From Muribaculaceae bacterium (GTDB lineage: Bacteria; Bacteroidota; Bacteroidia; Bacteroidales; Muribaculaceae), in contig JAICZO010000461.1 in assembly GCA_029057255.1 (NCBI GenBank), positions 1 to 32,338 of the forward strand: a stretch of DNA of 32,338 nucleotides. Direction: 5' to 3'. This document shows positions 10,035 to 19,636 of the stretch, piece by piece. Under the pieces are notes generated by a model that worked only from the letters and a program-made list of their open reading frames with translations, was not told where the DNA came from and made no database searches. The position numbers and the translations under genes were made by a program. The first letter of the stretch is position 1, and each line of letters begins with the position of its first letter.

Positions 10035-11387
10035 ATGGAATACTCTCTTCATGAAGGTACCGCAACAGCTCCGGCCGACACAACCGCCACCGCCGAAGTG
10101 AAGCCCCGCGTGCGCACCGACCACCATATCTGGGGCACATACATCCTGCTTGTGCTCGTGGCGCTCGTCGAGCTTTTCTCCGCCTCGATACAGGAGGTGT
10201 CGGACAACAGCATCTTCAACCCCGTGCTGCGCCACGGCGGATTCATCGCCGCCGGCCTGGTACTGATGCTGCTGCTGCAGAAGATACACTACCGCCACAT
10301 CTACCGCGCCATACCCTGCTTTGTGGTGCTGTGTATAGGCATGATGCTGGCCGTCAGGGTCGTGGGCACCGAAGTCAACGGCGCCATGAGGGCCATACGC
10401 ATTGCCGGAGTGCCGGTGCTGCCGGCTGAGTTCATGAAGCTCGGCGCGGCTCTGGGCATGGCATGGATTCTCACCAAGAACCAGGTCAAGGGGCGCCGCG
10501 ACGTCACCCGCAAGGGCCTGTGGCTCTGCATGGGATTCATGGGCGTCTGCTCGGCGCTGCTCTTCTCGCAGGGTCTGTCCAACACTATCGTCGTCGTCTG
10601 CATCTGCTACTCGATGATGCTCGTCGGCGGCATGGGATGGCGCAAGTTCATGACGGCCGTCGCCATAGGCGTCGTCGTGGGCGGTCTCGCCCTCGGCCTC
10701 AAGACAGCCGTGAAGAAAAACGTGCCTCTCACGCCCCAGCAGGAGAGGGTGATAACACTCAACAAGGAGGGCGGCGACGAAGGCCGTGCCGACGGTCGCG
10801 GAAATGTGTGGCGCGAGCGTGTCAAGCAGCACTTCCGCGGCGACAAGCACAAAGGCCCCTTCACGACCGAGCACCAGCAGGAGTACCTCAGCTACATAGC
10901 GCAGGCACACGGCGGTCTCTTCGGCGTCGGCATAGGACGCTCGCGCGAGAACGCACGTCTGCCGCTTGCCTTCTCCGACTATATCTTTGCCATCATCATC
11001 GAGGAGTTGGGCCTCTTTGTGGGGCTCGGCATACTTGTGTGCTATATGTGGATACTGGGGCGCAGCGCCAAGCTGACGATGCGCTTCAAGCAGACCATGC
11101 CCGGAGTGCTCGTCATGGGATGCGCCTTTGTGGTGGTCTTCCAGGCCCTGTACCACATGGCCATTGTCTCGGGCGTGTTCCCCGTCTCGGGGCAGCCCCT
11201 GCCTCTGATATCGAAGGGAGGCATCTCGGTCATCGCCACATCGCTCGCCTTCGGCGTCATGCTCAGCGTGGCCCGTCATGCCGTGCGCACCACCGACACC
11301 AAGGCCGAGCAGCGTCAGGAGCAGGAAATTCTGCCCGAAGATGCCCGCAGTGTAAACCCTTCGATAACCGACGTTGTTGAAGAATAA
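10035..11387 (+). CDS. ftsW: SEDS family peptidoglycan polymerase FtsW
   Basis: Polytopic membrane protein; VNGAMR, PAEFMK, GGLFGVGIG, SDYIFAIIIEELG and GQPLPLISKGG; located between murD and murG. Confidence 0.93.
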   Translation: MEYSLHEGTATAPADTTATAEVKPRVRTDHHIWGTYILLVLVALVELFSASIQEVSDNSIFNPVLRHGGFIAAGLVLMLLLQKIHYRHIYRAIPCFVVLCIGMMLAVRVVGTEVNGAMRAIRIAGVPVLPAEFMKLGAALGMAWILTKNQVKGRRDVTRKGLWLCMGFMGVCSALLFSQGLSNTIVVVCICYSMMLVGGMGWRKFMTAVAIGVVVGGLALGLKTAVKKNVPLTPQQERVITLNKEGGDEGRADGRGNVWRERVKQHFRGDKHKGPFTTEHQQEYLSYIAQAHGGLFGVGIGRSRENARLPLAFSDYIFAIIIEELGLFVGLGILVCYMWILGRSAKLTMRFKQTMPGVLVMGCAFVVVFQALYHMAIVSGVFPVSGQPLPLISKGGISVIATSLAFGVMLSVARHAVRTTDTKAEQRQEQEILPEDARSVNPSITDVVEE

Positions 11388-11399
11388 AATACTACGATT

Positions 11400-12554
11400 A
11401 TGAAAAATGACAATAAAGCCGGGCGGCAGGCGAGAGCGCTGAGAGTGCTCATCAGCGGCGGAGGCACCGGCGGACACATATTCCCCGCGCTGTCGATAGC
11501 CGATGCCGTCGAGCGCGAGTTCCCGGGCGCCGAGATTCTCTTTGTCGGTGCAGAGAACCGTATGGAGATGCAGCGTGTGCCTGCGGCCGGTTACGACATA
11601 GTCGGCCTGCCCGTGTGCGGCTTCGACCGCAACCGCCTGTGGCGCAACTTCGGTGTGATTGTCAAGCTCTTCAAGAGCATGCGCATGGCACGCCGCATAG
11701 TGCGCGACTTCAAGCCCGACGTGGCTGTCGGCGTGGGCGGCTATGCCAGCGGCCCCACACTCAAGGCCGCGCAGCGCGCCGGCGTCCCGACCGTCATCCA
11801 GGAGCAGAACTCCTATGCAGGCGTCACCAACAAGCTGCTTGCCTCACGTGCCGACCGCATATGCGTGGCATATCCCGGCATGGAGAAATTCTTCCCTGCC
11901 GAGAAGATTGTCATGACCGGCAACCCCGTCCGCAAGGCCATTCTCGAGCCGGGCATGACCCGACAGGAGGCCAAGGCCAAGCTCGGCTTCGACCCCGACA
12001 TGCCGCTCGTGCTTGTTGTCGGCGGCAGCCTCGGCGCACGCACGCTCAACAACGCCATGCTCAAGGCGATAGACTCCGGCGAGGCCGCTAAGGTGTCGTT
12101 CGGCATCATGTGGCAGTGCGGCTCGCGCGACCGCGCACGCTGCGAGGAAGCTGTCAGGGACACGCTGCCCGACAACGTCCGTCTCTCCGAATTCATATCC
12201 GACATGGCGACGGCCTATTGTGCCGCCGACCTTGTGGTGTCGCGTGCCGGTGCAGGTACCATCAGCGAGCTCGAGCTCCTCGGCAAGCCCGCCGTGCTCG
12301 TGCCCTCGCCCAACGTGGCCGAAGACCACCAGCGGCATAACGCCCAGGCCCTGGCCGAGCGTGGCGCCGCCGCAATGGTGCTCGACATCGACGCCGAGGC
12401 TCAGCTGTGGCGCAACATATGCACCATAGTCGAGAATCCCGAGACTCTGCGCCTGCTGTCAGAGAACATCTCGGCTCTGGCACTGCGCGACAGCGACAGG
12501 CAGATTGTCAACACCATAGCAGGCCTGCTCAAGAACAGAGAAATGAACCAATGA
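11400..12554 (+). CDS. murG: Lipid II GlcNAc transferase
   Basis: SGGGTGGHIFPA, GVGGYASGP, EQNS, TGNPVR, GGSLGA, SRAGAGT and DHQRHNA. Confidence 0.98.
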   Translation: MKNDNKAGRQARALRVLISGGGTGGHIFPALSIADAVEREFPGAEILFVGAENRMEMQRVPAAGYDIVGLPVCGFDRNRLWRNFGVIVKLFKSMRMARRIVRDFKPDVAVGVGGYASGPTLKAAQRAGVPTVIQEQNSYAGVTNKLLASRADRICVAYPGMEKFFPAEKIVMTGNPVRKAILEPGMTRQEAKAKLGFDPDMPLVLVVGGSLGARTLNNAMLKAIDSGEAAKVSFGIMWQCGSRDRARCEEAVRDTLPDNVRLSEFISDMATAYCAADLVVSRAGAGTISELELLGKPAVLVPSPNVAEDHQRHNAQALAERGAAAMVLDIDAEAQLWRNICTIVENPETLRLLSENISALALRDSDRQIVNTIAGLLKNREMNQ

Positions 12555-12561
12555 CCAACAG

Positions 12562-13941
12562 ATGAATCCCGAAAGAGTATATTTTGTAGGCATCGGCGGC
12601 ATCGGCATGGCCGCCCTTGCAAGATACTATATGTCGCTCGGCCTTCCCGTGGCCGGATATGACCGCACCCCCACACCCCTGACCGCCGAGCTCGAGGCCG
12701 AGGGCGCCGCTGTCAGCTTTGCCGACAGCATGGACGCCGTGCCCGAGGCATTCCGCCGGGCAGAGGGCACACTTGTGGTGTATACGCCCGCCGTGCCCGC
12801 CAGCAATGTGCCGCTGTCGTTCTTCCGCAGCGAGGGCTTCGACGTGCGCAAGCGTGCCTACGTCCTCGGACAGGTGACCCGCAGCAGCAAGGGCCTGTGC
12901 TTCGCCGGCACCCACGGCAAGACCACGACATCGTCGATGGCGGCGCATGTGCTGCACAGCGGCGACACCGGATGCAACGCCTTCCTCGGCGGCATCCTCA
13001 AGGGCTACAACAGCAATCTCATGCTCTCGGCCACATCGCCCTACAGCGTGATAGAGGCCGACGAGTACGACCGCTCCTTCCATCAGCTCACACCCTATAT
13101 AGCCGTCATCACGGCCACCGACCCCGACCATCTCGACATCTACGGCACCGAAGAGGCATACCTTGAGAGCTTCGCCCACTTCACAAGCCTCATCCGCCCC
13201 GACGGCGCCCTTGTGGTGCACACGGGTCTCAAGCTCGTGCCCCGTCCTGCCGAGGGCGTGCGCGTCTATACCTACGGCCGCGGCGACGGAGACTTCCACG
13301 CCGCCAACGTCCGCACCGGCGACGGCACAATCTTCTTCGACTTCGTCTATCCCGGCGGTGTCATGACCGACATAGAGCTTGGCGTGCCTGTCGATGTCAA
13401 TGTCGACAACGCCGTGGCAGCCCTCGCTGCCGTATGGCTCACCGGCACACTCACCGAGGAGCTTGCCCGGAAGGCCATCTCGACCTACCCCGGTGTCGAG
13501 CGCCGCTTCGAGTTCCATCTCAAGGAGAAAGGCCCGGCCGGACGTGCCGTCATCGACGACTATGCCCATCACCCCGACGAGCTCAGGCGCTCGATCGAAT
13601 CGGTGCGCGCCCTCTATCCCGGACGCCGCCTCACCGTAGCCTTCCAGCCTCATCTCTACACCCGTACGCGCGACTTCGCGCCCGAGTTCGCCGAGGCACT
13701 GTCGATGGCCGACGAGGTGCTGCTCATCGACATCTATCCCGCCCGCGAGGAGCCTATCGAGGGCGTCACGTCGAAAATAATCTTCGACCGCATAAAAATC
13801 GACGACAAAGTGATGATTTCTAAGGAAGATTTTGTCGGTACGATGAAAAATCGTAACTTTGAAATCCTTTTGACCGTGGGCGCGGGCGACCTTAGTTTCG
13901 AGGTTCCCCGGCTTGTGAAAGAAATAGCGACCGATGAGTAG
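12562..13941 (+). CDS. murC: UDP-MurNAc:L-Ala ligase
   Basis: FVGIGGIGM, AGTHGKTTTS, EADEYDRSF, DHLDIYG, DDYAHHP and FQPHLYTRTRD. Confidence 0.98.
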   Translation: MNPERVYFVGIGGIGMAALARYYMSLGLPVAGYDRTPTPLTAELEAEGAAVSFADSMDAVPEAFRRAEGTLVVYTPAVPASNVPLSFFRSEGFDVRKRAYVLGQVTRSSKGLCFAGTHGKTTTSSMAAHVLHSGDTGCNAFLGGILKGYNSNLMLSATSPYSVIEADEYDRSFHQLTPYIAVITATDPDHLDIYGTEEAYLESFAHFTSLIRPDGALVVHTGLKLVPRPAEGVRVYTYGRGDGDFHAANVRTGDGTIFFDFVYPGGVMTDIELGVPVDVNVDNAVAALAAVWLTGTLTEELARKAISTYPGVERRFEFHLKEKGPAGRAVIDDYAHHPDELRRSIESVRALYPGRRLTVAFQPHLYTRTRDFAPEFAEALSMADEVLLIDIYPAREEPIEGVTSKIIFDRIKIDDKVMISKEDFVGTMKNRNFEILLTVGAGDLSFEVPRLVKEIATDE

Positions 13942-14776
13942 ACAGTCCGTTCTGATGTGTGTCCTTTCTATTGTCATGGCAGTGTATATGTGCTTTGCCA
14001 TGACCGTTACGGCACGCATGTCTGACAAAGACACACTCACCGGAATGGACGTGCGACTCTCCGACCCCGACTCGCGCTTCGTCAACGCGCGCGATGTCGT
14101 CATCGAGACAGGCATCGACCCCGACACACTCTCGCGCTGCCTGCGCCGCGACTTCGACCTTCGCTCTCTCGAGGAGCGCCTCAATGCCTCCGACAAGCTG
14201 CAGGACGCCAACGTCACCATCAGCTCCAAGGGGCGGCTCAAGGTCGATGTCACGCCTATGGTGCCCGTGGCGCGTGTCTTCGAGCCGGGCAAGCCGTCAT
14301 ACTACATCAACGCCACGGGCAAGCGCATCTCCGCCGAGCTGCGCTACCATGTGGACGTGCCTGTGCTCGTGGGCACGTTCGACAGCGTCTACCCCGCCCG
14401 CAGGCTGCTCCCTCTTCTCGACTATATCGCCACACACCCCAAGGCCGGAGCCATGGTGGCGACCGTCACCCAGGAGCGCGACGGCAACATCATCCTCGTG
14501 CCCAACATCGTGGGGCATGTGGTGAACTTTGGCGACACGTCGCGGGTGAGCGAGAAATTCGCACTCCTGCGCGCATTCTACCGCAGCGTGGCACCCTCGA
14601 AAGGCTGGCACACATACGACACCATAGCCGTCAAATGGCGCGGCCAGGTCGTGGCGACACGCCGCAACAAGGCCCTGCCGCCGCTCCCGCTGCCTACAGT
14701 CGAGGAGCAGACAGGTGTCCTCGACATAAATGACAACGAAACCGTGGCAAAAGCCTCTGACGAGGAAAATGCCTGA
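13934..14776 (+). CDS. ftsQ: Cell division protein FtsQ/DivIB
   Basis: N-terminal TM, POTRA-like region, PVARV and C-terminal WRGQVVATRR typical of Bacteroidetes FtsQ; lies between murC and ftsA. Confidence 0.85.
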   Translation: MSRQSVLMCVLSIVMAVYMCFAMTVTARMSDKDTLTGMDVRLSDPDSRFVNARDVVIETGIDPDTLSRCLRRDFDLRSLEERLNASDKLQDANVTISSKGRLKVDVTPMVPVARVFEPGKPSYYINATGKRISAELRYHVDVPVLVGTFDSVYPARRLLPLLDYIATHPKAGAMVATVTQERDGNIILVPNIVGHVVNFGDTSRVSEKFALLRAFYRSVAPSKGWHTYDTIAVKWRGQVVATRRNKALPPLPLPTVEEQTGVLDINDNETVAKASDEENA

Positions 14777-14824
14777 TAAAATACCATACGTCTCTTCTTC
14801 TTTCACCCTCCAAGCATACAGGCA

Positions 14825-16408
14825 ATGGAACCAAGAACAATCGTCGCAATAGAAATAGCATCGTCCAAGATAAAAGGTGCAGTCGGCGCCGTCGGTCCAG
14901 ACGGCAAGATGACTGTGCTCGCTGTCGAGGAAATACCCGGCATCAATAACGTGCGCTACGGCCGCATACAGAACATCCGAGAAGTATCGGGCGCTGTCAA
15001 CGAGATTGTGCGCCGCCTCGAGAACGCTCCCGGTGTGGCGCCGCGGAGAGTCAGGGCGATGGCGGTCGGCATAGGCGGACGCTCGCTGACGGCCGTCCCC
15101 GCGAAGGCCGCCCTCAAGTTCCCGCACGAGTGCGAGATTACCGAGAGCCAGGTGCAGCGACTGATGTTCGAGGCCACACGCGACTTCATGGGCGACAAGA
15201 ACATCGAGGCCACCGTGCCCCGCATGTTCTACGTCAACAACGCCGCCATGAAAAAGGCTGTCGGTACCTACGGCGAGACGCTCAGGGGCGAATTCATGCT
15301 GCTCACCTGCGGCAAGGAGACGCGACAGAATCTCGACCGACTGAAGTTCGACACCGTCGACCGCGACGATGTGCTCTATGTGCTGCGTGCCACCGCCGTG
15401 GCCGACCTCGCCCTCACCGCCGACGAGCGCGAACTCGGCTGTGCACTGGTGGACTTCGGCGCCGAGACCACAACGGTGTCGGTATACAAGGACGGCATGC
15501 TCGCCTTCCTCTGCACCATACCGATGGGCTCGCGCCTCATAACGCTTGACCTTATGGCAGGCCTCGGCATCACCGAGGAGGCTGCCGAAAACTATAAGCT
15601 CACTCTCGGCACTCTCGCCGATGCCGCCCGCAAGGGTGAGAGCAACCCCAACGCCGACGAAGTCAACGACTACGTCCGTGCGCGCGCCGGAGAGATTGCC
15701 GCAAACATCCTCAACCAGATAGAGCTGTCGGGCTACAACGCCGAGACTCTGTCGAATATCGTGCTTGTCGGCGGCGGTGCCAAGCTGCCCGACTTCGCCG
15801 CGCTCCTCGGCAGCCAGTGCAAGCTGCCCGTCCGCGTGGCCTCGATGCCCGGCGACATAGCGTTCCGCGTGGCAGGCCGCAACAATGCCGACAACATCGA
15901 CATCGTGGCGCTGCTCATGGCCGCCGCACGCCGCCCCGAGTGGTCGTGCCTGACCGTGCCCGCGCCTCCGCGCCCCGAGCCTGTGGCTGTTGTGGCCGAT
16001 GTCGACGACGAGGACGTTGTCGAAGTCGACGACGAGGAAGAAATCGAGGAAGAGCGCCCCGAGCCTGCCCGTCACGCCGGCCCGCGCAAGCCCCCGTCGG
16101 AGGACGACGATGACCTGCTCGATGACGACGATGACGAGGAAGAGGAGGAAAGCGGCTCGACACGCCGCCGCGGACTCGGCGGTTTCTTCCGCTTCAAGCG
16201 ACGCCACGACGAAGAGACTGCCCCTGTCGAGGATGACGACGAGGACGACAGCGACGACCCCTTCGGAGGCGACGAGGCTGACGACGACGAGGACGATATC
16301 GTCGAGAACGACGACCACTTCGTGCAGACAAAGAACCGCCTGAGCAACATCCGCGACAAGTTCATCAACATCTTCAAGAGCGAGGATGCCGACGACGACA
16401 ATTACTGA
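14825..16408 (+). CDS. ftsA: Cell division protein FtsA with long acidic C-terminal extension
   Basis: Actin-fold motifs AIEIASSKI, LVDFGAETT, IPMGSRLITLDL and IVLVGGGAKL; immediately upstream of ftsZ. Confidence 0.93.
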   Translation: MEPRTIVAIEIASSKIKGAVGAVGPDGKMTVLAVEEIPGINNVRYGRIQNIREVSGAVNEIVRRLENAPGVAPRRVRAMAVGIGGRSLTAVPAKAALKFPHECEITESQVQRLMFEATRDFMGDKNIEATVPRMFYVNNAAMKKAVGTYGETLRGEFMLLTCGKETRQNLDRLKFDTVDRDDVLYVLRATAVADLALTADERELGCALVDFGAETTTVSVYKDGMLAFLCTIPMGSRLITLDLMAGLGITEEAAENYKLTLGTLADAARKGESNPNADEVNDYVRARAGEIAANILNQIELSGYNAETLSNIVLVGGGAKLPDFAALLGSQCKLPVRVASMPGDIAFRVAGRNNADNIDIVALLMAAARRPEWSCLTVPAPPRPEPVAVVADVDDEDVVEVDDEEEIEEERPEPARHAGPRKPPSEDDDDLLDDDDDEEEEESGSTRRRGLGGFFRFKRRHDEETAPVEDDDEDDSDDPFGGDEADDDEDDIVENDDHFVQTKNRLSNIRDKFINIFKSEDADDDNY

Positions 16409-16461
16409 TTCCACAAGATAATACACGACTCTCCTTACCCCCTATATAAACAAGACAGATC

Positions 16462-17841
16462 ATGACCCCTGAAGATCCCAATCTCATAGAACAATACCAC
16501 AACTCTCCCGACGGCAGTGTGCCCGATGCTCCCGGCATTATCGCCATGGGTGTCGGCGGCGGCGGATGTAACGCTGTGGCATACATGCACAGCCAGGGTG
16601 TGCGCGGCGTCGACTTTGTCGTGCTCAACACTGACGACCAGGCTCTGAAGCCTCTGCCTGTGGCAACGAAAGTTCTTCTCGGCCCGAAACTCTGCGGAGG
16701 CTTCGGTGCGGGAGGTAAGCCTGAAGTAGGCGAGGCTGCGGCGCAGGAGAGTATACCCGAGATAGAGAAGCTGCTGACACCCAACGTCAAGATGGTGTTT
16801 GTCACCGCAGGTATGGGCGGCGGTACCGGTACAGGCGGCGCTCCCGTAGTTGCCGGCGTGGCCAAGCGCAAGAAGATTCTTACCGTCGGCATCGTCACTA
16901 TACCCTTCTTCTTCGAGGGCATGAAGAAAATAACAAGCGCCATCGACGGCGCCGCAAGGCTCCAGCAGAATGTCGACGCCATGCTCGTTATCAACAACGA
17001 CCGTCTCGGCACGATATACCCCAACATGGAGTGGAGCGAGGCCTTCACAAAGGCCGACGACATCCTCACCACGGCGGCGCGCACCATCTCCGACATGGTG
17101 ACCACGCTTGCAAATATCAACATTGATATGCGAGACGTCGATACCTGTCTGCGCGACGGCCGCACAGCCCTCATATCGGTGGGCTACGGCGAGGGTCCGC
17201 AGGGCACCCGCATGACGCAGGCAATCAAGAACGCGCTGCACTCGCCGCTGCTGTGCGACACCGACATCATGTCGGCCAAGGAGCTGCTCTTCGCATTCTA
17301 TATCTCGCACAAAATCGATCCGCCACTGAGCGTGACCGAGGCAACCGAGGCCAACCGCCTTGTAGAGGAAATCAACAAGCATGTCCACATCAAGTTCGGA
17401 TGGGGATACGACGACACCCTCGACAACAAAATCAAGTTCACCATCCTCGCGTCGGGCTTCGACGTGTCGGTGGAGACCGGCGGCTCGCGCATCGAAGTCA
17501 TCGAGGGCAACCATCAGGAAGTTGTCGAAGTGGAGAAGAACGTCGACGAGCGCATCGCCGCGGCATACGGCAAGGACAAGGTCGAGGACTTCACCCGCCG
17601 TCAGGAGACACAGAACTACTTCGTGCTCACCCCCGAGCAGCTCGACGACGACGAGGCCATAGACATGGTCGAGAGCTCGCCCGCCTTCAAGCGCGACAAG
17701 CGCAAGGCTGCCGCCTCGATGCACCGCAGCGAGCAGGCACGCCAGCTGTCGCAGCAGTCCCGCCAGGGCGACGCCGACCATCAGCAGCCGCAGCGCGACA
17801 ATTCCGCCAACCGCATATTCTTCTCGGCAGATGACCGCTAA
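16462..17841 (+). CDS. ftsZ: Cell division protein FtsZ
   Basis: GVGGGGCNAV, NTD, GAGGKPEVG, tubulin signature AGMGGGTGTGG, PFFFEG and T7 loop INIDMRD. Confidence 0.98.
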   Translation: MTPEDPNLIEQYHNSPDGSVPDAPGIIAMGVGGGGCNAVAYMHSQGVRGVDFVVLNTDDQALKPLPVATKVLLGPKLCGGFGAGGKPEVGEAAAQESIPEIEKLLTPNVKMVFVTAGMGGGTGTGGAPVVAGVAKRKKILTVGIVTIPFFFEGMKKITSAIDGAARLQQNVDAMLVINNDRLGTIYPNMEWSEAFTKADDILTTAARTISDMVTTLANINIDMRDVDTCLRDGRTALISVGYGEGPQGTRMTQAIKNALHSPLLCDTDIMSAKELLFAFYISHKIDPPLSVTEATEANRLVEEINKHVHIKFGWGYDDTLDNKIKFTILASGFDVSVETGGSRIEVIEGNHQEVVEVEKNVDERIAAAYGKDKVEDFTRRQETQNYFVLTPEQLDDDEAIDMVESSPAFKRDKRKAAASMHRSEQARQLSQQSRQGDADHQQPQRDNSANRIFFSADDR

Positions 17842-18526
17842 GCCTCGCCTTGTCATATCGTCGGGCGCCGGCATCAGCGCCGAGAGCGGCATATCGACCT
17901 TCCGCGATGCCGGAGGCCTCTGGGAGCAGTATCCGGTGATGGATGTCGCCAGCGCCGACGGCTTCGCCCGCAATCCGGCTCTTGTGCACCGCTTCTACAA
18001 CGAGCGCCGCGCAGACCTCGGCAAGGCGCGTCCCAACCGCGCCCACGAGATTCTGCACGAGCTTGAGGAGGACTTCGACGTCTATGTCATAACGCAGAAC
18101 GTCGACGACCTTCACGAGCGTGCCGGCTCGACAAAGGTGCTGCACCTGCACGGCGAGCTGATGAAGGTGCGGGCAGTCGACAACCCGTCGCTGCTCTTCC
18201 CTGTCGGGTATGACACATGCACCACGCCCGACACTGTCATCGAGGGCCACAAGGTGAGGCCGCACATCGTCTTCTTCCAGGAGGCGGTGCCTATGTTCGA
18301 GCCTGCGACGGAGATTGCCGGCTCTGCCGACATCTTTGTCATCGTGGGCACGAGCCTGGCCGTGTATCCCGCCGCCGGGCTGCTGCACTATGTGCGCGCC
18401 GGAGTCCCCGTCTACTATATCGACCCCAGGCCGTCGCCCGTTCCCGCGGGAGTGACAGTCATACCCCTGCCTGCCACCGAAGGCATGGCAGAGCTTGCAC
18501 GGATACTGTTAAAAGACCGCAGATGA
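17831..18526 (+). CDS. cobB: NAD-dependent protein deacylase (class III sirtuin)
   Basis: GAGISAESGISTFR, FYNERR (YxxR), ITQNVDDLHERAG, HLHGEL, RPHIVFF and GTSLAVYPAA. Confidence 0.95.
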   Translation: MTAKPRLVISSGAGISAESGISTFRDAGGLWEQYPVMDVASADGFARNPALVHRFYNERRADLGKARPNRAHEILHELEEDFDVYVITQNVDDLHERAGSTKVLHLHGELMKVRAVDNPSLLFPVGYDTCTTPDTVIEGHKVRPHIVFFQEAVPMFEPATEIAGSADIFVIVGTSLAVYPAAGLLHYVRAGVPVYYIDPRPSPVPAGVTVIPLPATEGMAELARILLKDRR

Positions 18527-19632
18527 GACGTTTCCTTGCCCTTGTGCTGTCGTGCGTCATATGCGCAGCAGCCATCAATGCCGTGGGCGACAAGCCCGGC
18601 CGCTATGTCGACGCTCTTGACCTCCGCGTCATCAACAAAGGCTTCGACGACACCGAGCGTACCTACTCGCGCCTCCCCGCCGTCCTGAAGGACAGCGTCA
18701 GGCCGTCGCTGTGGGACCGCCAGCAGTGCTCGTCGGGCATCGCCGTGCGCTTCGCCACAAACTCGTCGAGTATAGGCGTGCGCTATCAGCTGCTGCTTGA
18801 CTTCCACATGGTGCACATGGCCGACACCGGCACCAAGGGCACCGACATATATGTCTTCGAGGGCGACTCGGTGTGGCGCCACGCCAATACCAACCGCCCC
18901 AAGGTCAACAACCCGCAGGAGAAGATTTGCGAGGCTGTCTATCTCAACAACCTCGATACCACCCGCATGACCGAGTACATGATCTACTTCCCGCTATATG
19001 ACGGCGTGGAGTGGCTTCAGGTCAAAATCGACGAGGACGCCCGCATAACGGCAGGCGACCCCGCCGTCATCGACCGCCGCAAGGTCGTGGCATATGGCAC
19101 GAGCATACTGCAGGGCGGATGTGCGTCGCGGCCCGGCATGGCCGCCACCAACATACTGTCGCGCGAGCTCAACTGCGAGGTGGTCAACCTCGGCTTCAGC
19201 GGCGACGGCAGGATGAACGACTGCGTGGCCAGGGCTATGGCCGACATTGATGCCGACCTGTATATCGTCGACCCGGTGCCCAACTGCACCGAGATGATGT
19301 GCGACACGCTCACCTACGGCTTCGTCAACATCCTGCGCAAGGCCCGGCCCGATGTGCCCGTGGTCATGGTGGAGGGGCCTATATACCCCTACGCACGCTA
19401 TGACTCACATTTCGGCAGCTACCTGCCGGCAAAGAACGCCGCTTTCAGACGCAACTACGAGAGGCTGAAGGCGGAGAACCCCGACGGAATCTATTATGTC
19501 GATTCTGTCAATCTGGACGGTGTCGAGGACGACGGCACTGTCGACGGCATACACCTGACCGACCTCGGCTTCAGGCACTATGCCGACAAGTTACGTCCGG
19601 TATTGCAATATCTATTAAAAAAGGAAAAGTAA
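18523..19632 (+). CDS. Secreted SGNH/GDSL hydrolase with N-terminal GxDLY-like domain
   Basis: True start is ATG 18523 (ATGA overlap with the cobB stop), giving the MRRFLALVLSCVICAAAINA signal peptide. GTDIY, YGTSILQG, NLGFSG and DGIH motifs. The ORF-track start at 18217 is an over-extension. Confidence 0.85.
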   Translation: MRRFLALVLSCVICAAAINAVGDKPGRYVDALDLRVINKGFDDTERTYSRLPAVLKDSVRPSLWDRQQCSSGIAVRFATNSSSIGVRYQLLLDFHMVHMADTGTKGTDIYVFEGDSVWRHANTNRPKVNNPQEKICEAVYLNNLDTTRMTEYMIYFPLYDGVEWLQVKIDEDARITAGDPAVIDRRKVVAYGTSILQGGCASRPGMAATNILSRELNCEVVNLGFSGDGRMNDCVARAMADIDADLYIVDPVPNCTEMMCDTLTYGFVNILRKARPDVPVVMVEGPIYPYARYDSHFGSYLPAKNAAFRRNYERLKAENPDGIYYVDSVNLDGVEDDGTVDGIHLTDLGFRHYADKLRPVLQYLLKKEK

Positions 19633-19636
19633 GATT

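Noticed and set aside
15990-16400. GAC/GAG-rich repeats as a microsatellite or CRISPR-like array
   Set aside because: They are simply Asp/Glu codons of the FtsA tail, with no repeat-spacer structure.
12529-17973. Very long antisense ORFs (587, 709 and 512 aa) opposite murC-ftsZ, and similar ones elsewhere
   Set aside because: Shadow frames of GC-rich, codon-biased genes. They carry no recognisable motifs and fully overlap well-supported sense genes.
18217-18522. N-terminal extensions of the SGNH (18217), SDR (21574), purC (23834) and mdh (29302) ORFs suggesting fusions
   Set aside because: They come from longest-ORF calling. The extensions overlap upstream genes or leaders, and homology-like sequence begins at the downstream ATGs.
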